Shown: piece after piece, positions 31,685-41,383 of the stretch
Layout: each line of letters begins with the position of its first letter
How positions within the stretch are numbered: position 1 is the first letter of the stretch
DNA from: Candidatus Omnitrophota bacterium
GTDB taxonomy: Bacteria; Omnitrophota; Gorgyraeia; Gygaellales; Profunditerraquicolaceae
Length of the DNA: 59,914 nt
NCBI GenBank assembly: GCA_043807505.1
Contig: JAZDFW010000038.1
Location: forward strand, 1-59,914
Reading direction: 5' to 3'
Translations under genes and position numbers: made by a program
The notes under the pieces: generated by a model
The model's input: only the letters and a program-made list of their open reading frames with translations
What the model was told of the DNA's origin: nothing
Database searches by the model: none

Positions 31685-34600
31685 TATTTTTCCTTTTCTG
31701 TTCTAATATCAAGGCAGAGGCCTTGAAGTTCTTTTATTAGAACATTAAACGATTCGGGAGTGCCGTGGCTTAAGCGCTGTTCCCCTTTAACAATTGCTTC
31801 GTAAATCCTGGTTCTACCGGAAACATCGTCACTTTTTACTGTAAGCATTTCTTGTAAGGTAAATGCCGCACCATACGCCTCTAATGCCCAAACTTCCATT
31901 TCCCCTAATCTCTGGCCCCCAAACTGCGCCTTTCCGCCTAATGGTTGTTGTGTTACCAAAGAATACGGGCCGATAGAACGAGCGTGAATTTTTTCATCAA
32001 CCAGATGAATCAATTTCATTATGTAGATATAACCAACCGTTACCCTCTGATCAAAAGGCTCGCCGGTAAAACCATCGTAAAGTGTAATTTTCCCATCCTG
32101 AGGTAAATTAGCTTTCGCAAGCATCTCTTTTACTTCCGCTTCGCTAGCGCCATCAAAGACCGGACTATCTATTTGAATACCTAACGCCTTAGCTGCCCAA
32201 CCAAGGTGTGTCTCTAGGATCTGTCCTACGTTCATACGCGAAGGAACACCGAGCGGGTTTAAAATGATTTCCACAGGGGTGCCATCCGGCAAAAAAGGCA
32301 TATCTTCTTCCGGAACAATACGGGCAACTACACCTTTATTACCGTGTCTTCCCGCTAATTTATCGCCTTCAGCAACTTTACGTTTTGTAGCAATGTAAAC
32401 CACCGCTCTTTTTAATACGCCAGGCGGTAATTCATCACCACGCCTGACTTTCTCAATCTCCTGTTGCTGTTCTACTAATAATTCCTGGATCTGTTCATCA
32501 AAAGAGGCGGCTAAAATCTTGGCCTCTTCATTATCGCTAAAATCGATTTTCTCAACTTTCTTCTTATCCACTCCGAAAAGCTGAGCTAATCTGATAATTT
32601 TTTCATTCTGCAAAAATTCGAGTTCTTGTTTATAGTAAGCCTTGAGCTCCCGAATTTTAGTTAATTCCTTGGTCTTTTCTTCTTTAGATTTTCTGCCGCG
32701 GTCTTTACGCTGAAATATATGCACATCCACAACCACACCCTCGACTCCAGGCGGAACGATCAAAGAAGTATCGCGCACATCACCTGCTTTTTCTCCAAAG
32801 ATTGCGCGCAACAGGCGCTCTTCCGGAGAAAGCTCAGATTCAGTCTTAGGCGTAACCTTGCCAACCAGAATATCACCGGGAGTAACCTCGGCGCCTAAAC
32901 GAATTATCCCTGTTTCATCCAAATTCCTTAATGATTCTTCGCTAACATTAGGAATATCCCGGGTGATTTCTTCGTTTCCCAAGCGGGTCTCTGTTGCTTC
33001 ACTTTCGAATTCTTCAATATGTATAGAGGTAAGAGTATCTTCTTTTATTAATTTCTGGCTTAAAACAATAGCGTCTTCAAAATTATAACCACGCCAAGGC
33101 ATAAAAGCACACAATATATTTCTCCCCAATGCAAGCTCGCCATTTCTCGTGCTTGTTCCGTCAGCAATAACTTGTCCAGCTTCAACGTGTTCGCCTAATT
33201 TCACAATTGGCCTTTGGTTTAAACATGTATCAGCATTTGTGCGCAAGAATTTCTTTAAATGGTATGTCTTCTTACCAATAGTAATATGGTTTACATCAAT
33301 ACTAATCACCTTTCCCGCCTCTTGGGCAATAACCACCGCACCGGAATCTCTAGCGATTTTTGCTTCCATTGCCGTGCCAACTACAGGGCTTTCTGAAATC
33401 ATTAAAGGCACAGCTTGCCTTTGCATATTTGCGCCCATTAAGGCACGGTTAGCATCATCATGCTCTAAAAAAGGGATTAATGAAGCGGCAACTGAAACTA
33501 GTTGTTTTGGTGAAACATCCATATATTCAACCTGCTTGCCTGGAACTTTGGGAAAATCTCCCTTATAGCGGCAATACACTTCTTTTTCTTTAAAGGTTCC
33601 GTCATCATTAAGCGGGACATTTGCCTGAGCAATTACTTTGTCTTCTTCTATATCTGCGGTAAGATATTCGATTTTACGGCTAACTCGGCCGTCTTCGACT
33701 TTTCGGTAAGGAGTTTCCAGTAATCCTAGGTTATTTACGCGCGCATAGGTACTTAAGGAGGCAATCAACCCGATATTCGGGCCTTCCGGCGTTTCGATAG
33801 GACAAACTCTTCCATAATGCGAAGGATGAATATCTCTTACTTCAAAACCTGCCCTTTCACGCGATAACCCTCCGGGGCCCAAAGCGCTTAATCTTCTCTT
33901 ATGGGTCATTTCAGCTAGTGGATTAACCTGATCCATAAACTGAGATAATTGGCTGCGGCCGAAGAAATCGCGGATTTGATTCGATAATAGTTTAGAGTTA
34001 ATCAGGAAATGGACGCTTAAAGTATCCAAATCACCGAGTATGCTCAATCTTTCTCTTATGGAACGCTCTACCCTGGATAAACCTATCCTGATTTGATTTT
34101 GGACCAATTCGCCGACGCTTTTAACCCTGCGGTTGCCGAGGTGATCGATATCGTCAATCTTACCTTCGCCAGCTTTCAATTTAATTAAATACTCTATTAC
34201 TCTAATTACAGTAGCAGAATCTAAAATTCTTTTATCAACAGACACATTCATGTTTAATTTTCTATTCAGAATAAATCTACCAACTCTTTCCAAGTCATAT
34301 CTGGCTGGATCAAAGAATAATCTATAGAATAAATTTTCCGCCGCGTCTTTAGTCACAGGTTCTGTAGGGCGCATCTTGCGGTAAAAATCCATATGCGCTT
34401 CTTCCTTGTTCTTCGTAGTATCTTTTTTAAGCGTATTGGTAATTTCCGGATATTCTTTGCCAAAAGCAGCGATGATTTCTTGATCAGTAGAAAAACCGAG
34501 TATTCTTAAAATCTGAGTAGCGGGAAAATTTCTCCGCCTATCAACATAGGCGAGAATTGTCTCTGAAAGGTCGTATTTAAATTCAAGCCAGGCGCCGCGA

Positions 34601-35088
34601 TAAGGAATAATTCGGCCGTGAAATATTTTTTTTCCGGTAGCATGCTCTTCTTCTTCAAAAGATACACCCGGCGAACGCTGCAGCTGGCTGACTACTACGC
34701 GTTCATCACCGTTAATAATAAAGGTACCCGTATCGGTCATTAAGGGAATCTCGCCAAAATAGGCATCCTGCTCTTTAGTTTCCCGAGGTGAAGTCAATCT
34801 AAATTTTACCTTTAAAGGCGCGGCATAAGAAAGCGCGCGCCTCTTAGACTCAGCGATACCATATTTAGGTTTACCTAAAGAATAGCTAAGGAATTCTAAT
34901 TTTATTGACCGGTCATTATTTTCTAAGGGGAATATTTCTTCAAAAACTTCCTGCAAGCCCAATCGTTTTCTTTGGGAAACCGGAATGTCCATCTGAAGAA
35001 ATTCATGGTAAGATTCAAGCTGAACATCTAAAAAATGCGGCAAATCGTAAACTTCTTTTAACTTTGCGAAACTTTTACGTTTGGTCAT
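31684..35088 (-). CDS. rpoB: DNA-directed RNA polymerase subunit beta
   Basis: 1134 aa with GRHGNKGV and [10 protein letters not shown] motifs. Overlaps the rpoC start by 1 nt. Confidence 0.97.
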   Translation of the reverse strand: MTKRKSFAKLKEVYDLPHFLDVQLESYHEFLQMDIPVSQRKRLGLQEVFEEIFPLENNDRSIKLEFLSYSLGKPKYGIAESKRRALSYAAPLKVKFRLTSPRETKEQDAYFGEIPLMTDTGTFIINGDERVVVSQLQRSPGVSFEEEEHATGKKIFHGRIIPYRGAWLEFKYDLSETILAYVDRRRNFPATQILRILGFSTDQEIIAAFGKEYPEITNTLKKDTTKNKEEAHMDFYRKMRPTEPVTKDAAENLFYRLFFDPARYDLERVGRFILNRKLNMNVSVDKRILDSATVIRVIEYLIKLKAGEGKIDDIDHLGNRRVKSVGELVQNQIRIGLSRVERSIRERLSILGDLDTLSVHFLINSKLLSNQIRDFFGRSQLSQFMDQVNPLAEMTHKRRLSALGPGGLSRERAGFEVRDIHPSHYGRVCPIETPEGPNIGLIASLSTYARVNNLGLLETPYRKVEDGRVSRKIEYLTADIEEDKVIAQANVPLNDDGTFKEKEVYCRYKGDFPKVPGKQVEYMDVSPKQLVSVAASLIPFLEHDDANRALMGANMQRQAVPLMISESPVVGTAMEAKIARDSGAVVIAQEAGKVISIDVNHITIGKKTYHLKKFLRTNADTCLNQRPIVKLGEHVEAGQVIADGTSTRNGELALGRNILCAFMPWRGYNFEDAIVLSQKLIKEDTLTSIHIEEFESEATETRLGNEEITRDIPNVSEESLRNLDETGIIRLGAEVTPGDILVGKVTPKTESELSPEERLLRAIFGEKAGDVRDTSLIVPPGVEGVVVDVHIFQRKDRGRKSKEEKTKELTKIRELKAYYKQELEFLQNEKIIRLAQLFGVDKKKVEKIDFSDNEEAKILAASFDEQIQELLVEQQQEIEKVRRGDELPPGVLKRAVVYIATKRKVAEGDKLAGRHGNKGVVARIVPEEDMPFLPDGTPVEIILNPLGVPSRMNVGQILETHLGWAAKALGIQIDSPVFDGASEAEVKEMLAKANLPQDGKITLYDGFTGEPFDQRVTVGYIYIMKLIHLVDEKIHARSIGPYSLVTQQPLGGKAQFGGQRLGEMEVWALEAYGAAFTLQEMLTVKSDDVSGRTRIYEAIVKGEQRLSHGTPESFNVLIKELQGLCLDIRTEKEK

Positions 35089-35180
35089 TCGTCACTTTCA
35101 CACCTCGTTGCACAAATTAACACAAATTTCACATTAATAATTAATGTAAATGCAGGTGCAATTCGTGAAAATCCTTCTGA

Positions 35181-35316
35181 TTATCCCGGATTTTTCGATA
35201 GAAAAATCCGCCTCGAGCGAAGCGAGAGGCCGCTCGGTCAAATTCGACGAGAATTTGACCGGCTTAGCGGGGTATCCCAAATTTTGCCTGTCGAAGGCGT
35301 GCAAAATTTGGGATTA
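35181..35316 (-). repeat. TAA-bounded nested-hairpin element (unit B), inverted copy of unit A2
   Basis: On the minus strand: TAA(=rplL stop)-TCCCAAATTTTGC-acgccttcgacag-GCAAAATTTGGGATACCCCGCTAAGCCGGTCAAATTCtcgtcGAATTTGACC...CGGATTTTTctatcgAAAAATCCGGGA-TAA. Terminal inverted repeats are TCCCAAATTTTGC / TCCCGGATTTTTCG. Confidence 0.8.
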
Positions 35317-35712
35317 TTTTAATTCGACAGTGGCACCCGCGGCTTCAAGCCTCTTTTTCATTTCTTCCGCTTCTTCTTTAGGCACGCCCTCTTTAATAGG
35401 CTTGGGTGCTGCGTCAACCAAATCTTTTGCTTCTTTTAATCCCAGGTTAGTAATAGTTCTGACTTCTTTGATTATGGCGATTTTATTGGCGCCAACGCTT
35501 ACAAGAACAACAGAGAATGCGGTTTTTTCTTCCGCAGCGGCCGCACCAGTTGCTGCTCCAGCTGCCGCGCCACCACCTACCGGCATCGCCATCATCGGCA
35601 TATTGGCCTTAACACCAAACTTCTCTTCCAAGGCTTTTACCAAATCAGAGAGCTCCAATACTGTCATACTCTCTATCGATTTAATCAATACATCCAATTT
35701 CTCACTAGCCAT
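35314..35712 (-). CDS. rplL: 50S ribosomal protein L7/L12 (start at MASEKLDVL)
   Basis: Ala-rich hinge and the C-terminal [10 protein letters not shown]...ATVELK. ATG 35712-35710 is preceded by GAAGGAGG. Confidence 0.93.
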   Translation of the reverse strand: MASEKLDVLIKSIESMTVLELSDLVKALEEKFGVKANMPMMAMPVGGGAAAGAATGAAAAEEKTAFSVVLVSVGANKIAIIKEVRTITNLGLKEAKDLVDAAPKPIKEGVPKEEAEEMKKRLEAAGATVELK

Positions 35713-35735
35713 TTCTTTTCCTCCTTCGATTAAAA

Positions 35736-36260
35736 TCATGTTTTTTTCTGTTTAATTTGATCTAAACAAATAACAAATTTCTTTAATACCTGATTTAAAA
35801 CTATAACTAATCCGGATATAGGCGCATTTAAAGTCCCGACTACCTGTGCCCTTAAAACTTCTTTAGACGGCAACTTTGCCAAAGCTTCAATGCCGCTTTT
35901 ATCTAAAAGTTTATCCTTTAGCAAGCCGCCTTCTAATTGTAATTTATCATGGTCTTTTTTAAAATTGCATAAAATTTTTGAGGCTTCAACAGGTTCTTCC
36001 TTAATAAAAACAAAGCCGCAAGGCCCTTCTACTGCCTTAATTATTAATTCTAATCCGGAGCTTTTCAAGGCACGCCTGGCAACGCTATTTTTTACTACAA
36101 AAAGATTGCTCTTAGCGCCCTTTAAAGACTGCCTTAAAGTAGTAATATCAGGGCTCGATAAACCAGAATAGCCCAGAACAAAAAAACTGTCTGAGCCTTT
36201 CAAATTCTCTTTGATTTTATTTTCAGAAACCTCTTTAACTACTAAACCGATCTTTTTCAT
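35736..36260 (-). CDS. rplJ: 50S ribosomal protein L10
   Basis: uL10 family. Lies between rplA and rplL, with its start overlapping the rplA stop. Confidence 0.9.
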   Translation of the reverse strand: MKKIGLVVKEVSENKIKENLKGSDSFFVLGYSGLSSPDITTLRQSLKGAKSNLFVVKNSVARRALKSSGLELIIKAVEGPCGFVFIKEEPVEASKILCNFKKDHDKLQLEGGLLKDKLLDKSGIEALAKLPSKEVLRAQVVGTLNAPISGLVIVLNQVLKKFVICLDQIKQKKT

Positions 36261-36937
36261 ATCGCTAACCTCAATCCCGGATTCATGGTTGAAGAAATTG
36301 AAAGAGTTTTTACAAATTTTCCTTTTACTGATGAAGGCTTTGCGTCATTAATAGCTTCCATAACGCGCAACGCGTTATCATAAATTTTATCATCGGAAAA
36401 GGAAACCTTGCCTACGGATAAATGGATGCCTCCTTGCTTATCAACACGGAATTCTACTTTTCCTTTTTTTACGTCATCAATGGCCTTGGCGATATCATTG
36501 GTTACGGTACCTGTTTTGGGGCTTGGCATAAGGCCGCGCGGCCCTAAAACCTTTCCTAATTTACTCAAGTCTTTCATCATTTCAGGAGTAGCAATAGCAC
36601 AATCAAAATCTAGAAATCCGCCCGCAACCTTATCTATTAAATCACTTCCGCCAACATAATCGGCATGCGCGTCTTTAGCAATGCGTTCGTGTTCCCCTTT
36701 ACAAAATACAGCAACCCTTACTTTTTTCCCCGTTCCATGAGGAAGAATAACTGTACCTCGTACCATCTGTTCGGACTTCTTGGAATCAACATTCAGGTTA
36801 AAATGCAAATCAAAAGAGCCGTCAAACTTGACGGGCGCGAGTTTCTTTAAAACCGGAATAGCTTCTTTAAGTTGATAAGTTTTATCCTTATCAACCAATT
36901 TCTCTGTTTGGCTGTATCTTTTACTTTTGTCTTTCAT
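36257..36937 (-). CDS. rplA: 50S ribosomal protein L1
   Basis: LGPRGLMPSPKTGTVT uL1 motif. Confidence 0.95.
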   Translation of the reverse strand: MKDKSKRYSQTEKLVDKDKTYQLKEAIPVLKKLAPVKFDGSFDLHFNLNVDSKKSEQMVRGTVILPHGTGKKVRVAVFCKGEHERIAKDAHADYVGGSDLIDKVAGGFLDFDCAIATPEMMKDLSKLGKVLGPRGLMPSPKTGTVTNDIAKAIDDVKKGKVEFRVDKQGGIHLSVGKVSFSDDKIYDNALRVMEAINDAKPSSVKGKFVKTLSISSTMNPGLRLAI

Positions 36938-36942
36938 AAAAA

Positions 36943-37368
36943 TTATCCTTCCACAACAATGCCCATACTTCTAGCGGTGCCTTCTATAATTTTAATAGCC
37001 GCGGCTAAATCCGAGGTATTAATATCTTTTGCTTTTATTTTAACAATTTCTTCAACCTGCTTTCTTGTTACTTTGCCAATAACCTCTTTTCCCGCAGTGC
37101 CTGAGGCCTTGGCTAAATTTGCAGCGCGCTTAAGTAATACTGAAGATGGAGGGCTCTTAATAATAAAGGTAAATGTCCTATCCTCATATACACTGATGAC
37201 TACAGGTAAAATTAAACCGTCTCTACCCTTTGTCTGATCATTAAATTGTTTACAAAATTGCATGATGTTTACGCCATGCTGGCCCAAAGCCGGGCCGACA
37301 GGAGGCGCAGGATTTGCTTGTGCCGCGGGAACGTGCAACTTAATTTGTGCCTTAATTTTTTTTGCCAT
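36943..37368 (-). CDS. rplK: 50S ribosomal protein L11
   Basis: [29 protein letters not shown] uL11 motif. Confidence 0.95.
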   Translation of the reverse strand: MAKKIKAQIKLHVPAAQANPAPPVGPALGQHGVNIMQFCKQFNDQTKGRDGLILPVVISVYEDRTFTFIIKSPPSSVLLKRAANLAKASGTAGKEVIGKVTRKQVEEIVKIKAKDINTSDLAAAIKIIEGTARSMGIVVEG

Positions 37369-37895
37369 TATATCTTCTCGACTTGCCAGTATTCCAATTC
37401 AACCGGCGTTGCTCTGCCAAAAATTGATACGCTCACCTTTAATTTCCCTTTTTCCGGGTGTATCTCGTCAATAGTGCCGTTAAAATTTACAAATGGGCCG
37501 TCGATTACTCTAACTTGCTCACCTTTTTCGAATATAATCTTAGGGCTGGGCTTTACCGCGGTTTCCTGCGATTTCTTCAGTATATTATCAACCTCAGTTT
37601 GCGATAAAGGCATCGGCTTTCTACCTAAACCGATAAACCCCGTGACCCCTGATGTTGTCTTAATTAATAGATAAGCCTCTTCTGTCAACTCCATTTCAAC
37701 CAGAAGATACCCGGGAAAAAATTTCCTTTGCGAAATCCTTCTCTTACCGGAACGAATTTCAGAAACCTGTTCGGTAGGTATAATAACTTTATTAATAAAT
37801 TCAACCAGGCCGCTAGAGGCAATCCTGTTCTCTAATAACGCCTTTACCTTATCTTCTGAACCGGTTTGTGTGTGGACTACGTACCAATTTTTCAT
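37368..37895 (-). CDS. nusG: transcription termination/antitermination factor NusG
   Basis: [20 protein letters not shown] domain and a C-terminal [14 protein letters not shown]. Confidence 0.95.
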   Translation of the reverse strand: MKNWYVVHTQTGSEDKVKALLENRIASSGLVEFINKVIIPTEQVSEIRSGKRRISQRKFFPGYLLVEMELTEEAYLLIKTTSGVTGFIGLGRKPMPLSQTEVDNILKKSQETAVKPSPKIIFEKGEQVRVIDGPFVNFNGTIDEIHPEKGKLKVSVSIFGRATPVELEYWQVEKI

Positions 37896-38155
37896 CTAAA
37901 CATTACGCTTAAAATCTTGGAAAGTAATAGGTCTATTATACCTATACATATAGCGGCAAAGATGGTAAACGTAATCACTACTACTGTTGAACCTGCTAAT
38001 TCTTGCCTGGTTGACCATGATACCTTCCCTAGTTCTGTTTTTACTTCTAGTAAAAACTTCTTTATTTTCTCAAAATTTATTATTACCGATACCAATATTA
38101 TGCCGCCAATAAGCGAGCTAATTATTGCCTTTAAATTTTTTAATAAAAATTCCAT
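37892..38155 (-). CDS. secE: preprotein translocase subunit SecE (87 aa, apparently two TM segments)
   Basis: KFLLEVKTELGKVSWSTRQEL SecE signature followed by a TM helix. Sits upstream of nusG. Confidence 0.85.
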   Translation of the reverse strand: MEFLLKNLKAIISSLIGGIILVSVIINFEKIKKFLLEVKTELGKVSWSTRQELAGSTVVVITFTIFAAICIGIIDLLLSKILSVMFR

Positions 38156-38189
38156 TTTTTAAAACTCTCTTATTCGGCCTTTAATCCTG

Positions 38190-38260
38190 CAGGAGCGGCA
38201 GGAGTCGAACCTGCAGTTACGGTTTTGGAGACCGTTGGTTTGCCATTAACCGACGCTCCT
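38190..38260 (-). tRNA. trnW: tRNA-Trp (anticodon CCA), CCA end not encoded
   Basis: Hand fold: AGGAGCG-UC-GGUU-AAUGGCA-AACC-A-ACGGU-CUCCAAA-ACCGU-AACU-GCAGG-UUCGACU-CCUGC-CGCUCCU-G. 71 nt. Classic position upstream of secE. Confidence 0.9.
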
Positions 38261-38288
38261 ATTAATGCATTCGCAAAAAACAAAAAAA

Positions 38289-38438
38289 TTACTTTATCTC
38301 TTTATGAACAGTATGCTTATGGCAAAATTTACAATACTTCGATAACTCCAACTTATCTTGATGCAGTTTCTTGTTCTTATAAGTTGTGTAATTTCTATTT
38401 TTACAAACCGTACATCCTAATGTAATTATTTCTCTCAT
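38289..38438 (-). CDS. rpmG: 50S ribosomal protein L33 (49 aa)
   Basis: Below the ORF-track cutoff. Hand translation: [49 protein letters not shown] (CxxC...CxxC). Lies between tRNA-Thr and tRNA-Trp. Confidence 0.9.
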   Translation of the reverse strand: MREIITLGCTVCKNRNYTTYKNKKLHQDKLELSKYCKFCHKHTVHKEIK

Positions 38439-38466
38439 GTTTTAAATTTCACTTGCCAAAATTTTA

Positions 38467-38539
38467 AGCTGGAGACGGGAATCGAGCCCGTGACCCCGTC
38501 CTTACCAAGGACGTGCTCTACCAACTGAGCTACTCCAGC
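38467..38539 (-). tRNA. trnT: tRNA-Thr (anticodon GGU), CCA end not encoded
   Basis: Minus strand GCUGGAGUAGCUCAGUUGGUAGAGCACGUCCUUGGUAAGGACG...CUCCAGC-U. Acceptor stems pair and the anticodon loop is UUGGUAA. Confidence 0.9.
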
Positions 38540-38659
38540 AAAAGCACGGGCTTAGCGGGCCTAAAAGATAAAAAAACCACCATTAAGAATTTTATTAAAT
38601 TCTTTTTTAAATTGTTTTAAATTCCCTAAAGTTATTTTGGGGATTTATATAGACAGTGA

Positions 38660-38688
38660 AATATACACTATAATTATATCTTTGTCAA
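38660..38688 (-). promoter_or_regulatory. candidate sigma70-type promoter for the tRNA-Thr/rpmG/tRNA-Trp/secE-nusG cluster
   Basis: Minus strand TTGACA-17 nt-TATATT, about 120 nt upstream of tRNA-Thr. Confidence 0.45.
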
Positions 38689-38695
38689 CCTTTTT

Positions 38696-39535
38696 TTATG
38701 GTTTTGTGCCTGCCTGCCTGCCGGTAGGCAGGCAAGAACTTAATTTAGCAAAATCATCCAGGCTAAGGCGCTCGGGCCGTACGTTGGGGCTAATCTTAAA
38801 TTTAGAAAAAAAATTCTCTAAATTTTGTTGTGGCAGGACTTCCTTAAGGCTGTTTTTTAAAGTTTTCCTTCTCTTGTTAAAAGCAGCCCTGATAATTCTA
38901 AAAAATAATTCCTTATCCTTTACTTTAACAGGCGCTTTTTCTCTTAGGGAAATTTTTAAAAAAACGGAATCCACGCCAGGCACAGGATAAAAAGAATTTC
39001 TTTTAATCGGAAAGAGTATTTTCGGTTGTGAAAAATACTGCACAAAGCATGATATCGAAGCGTAATCTTTTGAACCGCATGAAGCAATTAATCTTTGCGC
39101 AAATTCTTTTTGAACCGTCAGGTACAAACAATCGATTTTTTTGCGGAATTCAAAAACTCGTTCAATGATTGGTGTTGAAATATAATAAGGAATATTGCCG
39201 AATATCTTTATCTTGTTCTTAGTATTAGCGGAGTTAATTTTAATTTTTTTAAAAAACCGCTTGAAATCAAATTTTAATATATCAGTTTGGATTATCTCAA
39301 TATTATCGTCATTTTTTAGATTCTCTTTTAATAAAGGCAAAAGGCGCTGATCAATTTCCAATGCGTAAACTTTTAAACAATTCTTGGCAAGTAGCTGAGT
39401 AAATTCTCCGCTGCCTGAACCAATCTCAAGCAACGTGTCTTGCGAATTAAAATTACACGCGGAAATAATTTTTCTCTGGATATTCTTATCTATAAGGAAA
39501 TTCTGTCCTAAACTTTTTTTTGGTTTAATGTGCAT
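38696..39535 (-). CDS. rsmA: 16S rRNA (adenine1518/1519-N6)-dimethyltransferase RsmA/KsgA
   Basis: SLGQNFL, SAM motif EIGSGSG, and NIPYYIS. Confidence 0.92.
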   Translation of the reverse strand: MHIKPKKSLGQNFLIDKNIQRKIISACNFNSQDTLLEIGSGSGEFTQLLAKNCLKVYALEIDQRLLPLLKENLKNDDNIEIIQTDILKFDFKRFFKKIKINSANTKNKIKIFGNIPYYISTPIIERVFEFRKKIDCLYLTVQKEFAQRLIASCGSKDYASISCFVQYFSQPKILFPIKRNSFYPVPGVDSVFLKISLREKAPVKVKDKELFFRIIRAAFNKRRKTLKNSLKEVLPQQNLENFFSKFKISPNVRPERLSLDDFAKLSSCLPTGRQAGTKP

Positions 39536-40443
39536 TCTACAGCAACTCTTATTGCCTCAATCATGGAACTTGGATTACCAATATTGGTGCCTGCTATATC
39601 AAATGCGGTACCATGTAACGGAGAAGTCCTGATAAAAGGCAGGCCTAAGGTAATATTAACCCCTGTATCGTTACCGGTTAATTTTAAAGGTATCAATGCC
39701 TGGTCGTGATACATCGCAATCACACAATCATAAATACCGGAGTTTGCTTTTTTTATAGCGATATCCGCGGGCAACGGCCCATCAATATATTTTATAACTT
39801 TCCTTAATCTGGCTAACACAGGTTTAATCATTTGGTTTTCTTCATTGCCGATTAAGCCATTATCAGAGGCATGAGGGTTTATTCCACAAACAACAAGATG
39901 AGGATTGCAAATAGAGAATAAATCCCTTAGTGATTTATGTGTTATAAGAATGGTTTTATACAATTCATTTCTTTTTTTTAAGCTAGCCGATACATCTTTT
40001 AAAGCGATATGCCTGGTAACAAGGCTGAATTTTAATTGCTTATTCAATAACATCATCACAATATCTTTTGTTTTTGTCCTATTCTTTAAATATTCAGTAT
40101 GCCCGCTAAACTTAAAACCAGCCAAATTAATTGCTTCTTTTGAGATCGGCGCAGTCACCAGGCAATCAATCTTTTTTGCTTTTATCAGCTCCATCGCCTT
40201 ATCAAGATATTCTATTGACGCGCGCCCATATTCAGCGCTAACTTTTCCAAATCTAAACTTTTTATGATCTATATTGCATAAATTTATAAATCTTACAGCT
40301 GGCAGCTGATTAAACACCCATCTATCTCCGATTAAAACAAATTCAGCTAAATGTTGAACTTTCTCTAGTGCCTTTACAATTATCTCAGGCCCTATACCTG
40401 ATGGATCTCCCATAGTTATTCCGACCCTAATTTTATTATTCAT
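39508..40443 (-). CDS. pdxA: 4-hydroxythreonine-4-phosphate dehydrogenase PdxA
   Basis: GDPSGIGPEI, GHTEYL, MYHDQALIP and SPLHGTAFDIAG motifs. Confidence 0.9.
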   Translation of the reverse strand: MNNKIRVGITMGDPSGIGPEIIVKALEKVQHLAEFVLIGDRWVFNQLPAVRFINLCNIDHKKFRFGKVSAEYGRASIEYLDKAMELIKAKKIDCLVTAPISKEAINLAGFKFSGHTEYLKNRTKTKDIVMMLLNKQLKFSLVTRHIALKDVSASLKKRNELYKTILITHKSLRDLFSICNPHLVVCGINPHASDNGLIGNEENQMIKPVLARLRKVIKYIDGPLPADIAIKKANSGIYDCVIAMYHDQALIPLKLTGNDTGVNITLGLPFIRTSPLHGTAFDIAGTNIGNPSSMIEAIRVAVECTLNQKKV

Positions 40444-40444
40444 T

Positions 40445-41383
40445 CTAATCCTGAGTGTACTTAATGTAGGAGCGCTTCTTAAGCTCTTCTAACCATTTAG
40501 ACAGCTCTTCTTCTATCTTCTTGTTAAAAAGATATGTGTAAATATTGTCTCTGGCTTCGCTTAAGCTTAATTGCCGAGGGGCAGTAATACTTTCCAATTT
40601 AAAAATGTAGTGACTATCATTAATTTTGAGAGGCTTACAAAACTCCCCAACGTTTAATTTAAATATCACATCTTCGATATCTTTCCTTAATTCTCCCTCT
40701 CTTGCCGAAATCAGTTTATCGCTTGAAAGAGAATATTCATTAATAACACTATCCAAGCTTTTATTGGCTTTTAAGTCTTCGTAAGCCTTGCGGGCAATAT
40801 TTTCGTCGTCTGTATTTAATGAAGCGATATTCCGCTCTTCTGTGGCCTTAAAATCCTGAATATTGTTTTCATAGAAATTAGTGACCTCAGTAGGCGCGAC
40901 TGTAATATTCCTTCTTATTTTATACTCAATCATATTAAAGATTAAAAACTGTTCCCTTATTTTTGCCTCCAGATCCCCTTGGACTAACCCCTGACTCCGA
41001 AGGCTATCTTGAAAATCAAGCTCAGTAGGATAGCGCCTTCTCATTTCATCAAGCCTGGCTTTAATTCTATTTTCATCGACAATCACGCCATAACGCTTTG
41101 CTTCCTGTAAAATGAGGCGGTCTTCGATCAACTTATTAATTAAACCGGACTTCTTTGATTGGAGCTGACTTTCTAGCTCCTTACCTGAATATTCCTGGCT
41201 CAACTGCACACGCATAAAATTAGAAAAATCATTTAAATCTTTCTGGGTAATAATATCATTGTTCACGATAGCAACGATTTTATCCTGGGCAAAGGAGTTA
41301 AACGTAAAGCATAAAACGAAAAACGCAAAACCAAAACTTAAAAATAAAAATTTTAAACTTTGAACTTTACGCTTGTCTATCAT
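40445..41383 (-). CDS. surA: SurA-like periplasmic chaperone / parvulin-type PPIase
   Basis: Signal/TM N-terminus, SurA-N-like helical region and a degenerate parvulin domain. Conserved surA-pdxA-rsmA order. Confidence 0.65.
   Translation of the reverse strand: MIDKRKVQSLKFLFLSFGFAFFVLCFTFNSFAQDKIVAIVNNDIITQKDLNDFSNFMRVQLSQEYSGKELESQLQSKKSGLINKLIEDRLILQEAKRYGVIVDENRIKARLDEMRRRYPTELDFQDSLRSQGLVQGDLEAKIREQFLIFNMIEYKIRRNITVAPTEVTNFYENNIQDFKATEERNIASLNTDDENIARKAYEDLKANKSLDSVINEYSLSSDKLISAREGELRKDIEDVIFKLNVGEFCKPLKINDSHYIFKLESITAPRQLSLSEARDNIYTYLFNKKIEEELSKWLEELKKRSYIKYTQD

Noticed and set aside
35150-35755. 201-aa + strand ORF spanning the rplL-rpoB spacer and rplL
   Set aside because: It is antisense to rplL. 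Its Ala/Pro-rich stretch mirrors the L7/L12 Ala-rich hinge, and its 5' part reads through repeat unit B. No RBS or family resemblance.
38225-38425. 66-aa + strand ORF between secE and rsmA
   Set aside because: It overlaps tRNA-Trp and is antisense to the hand-identified rpmG (L33), which explains the region.
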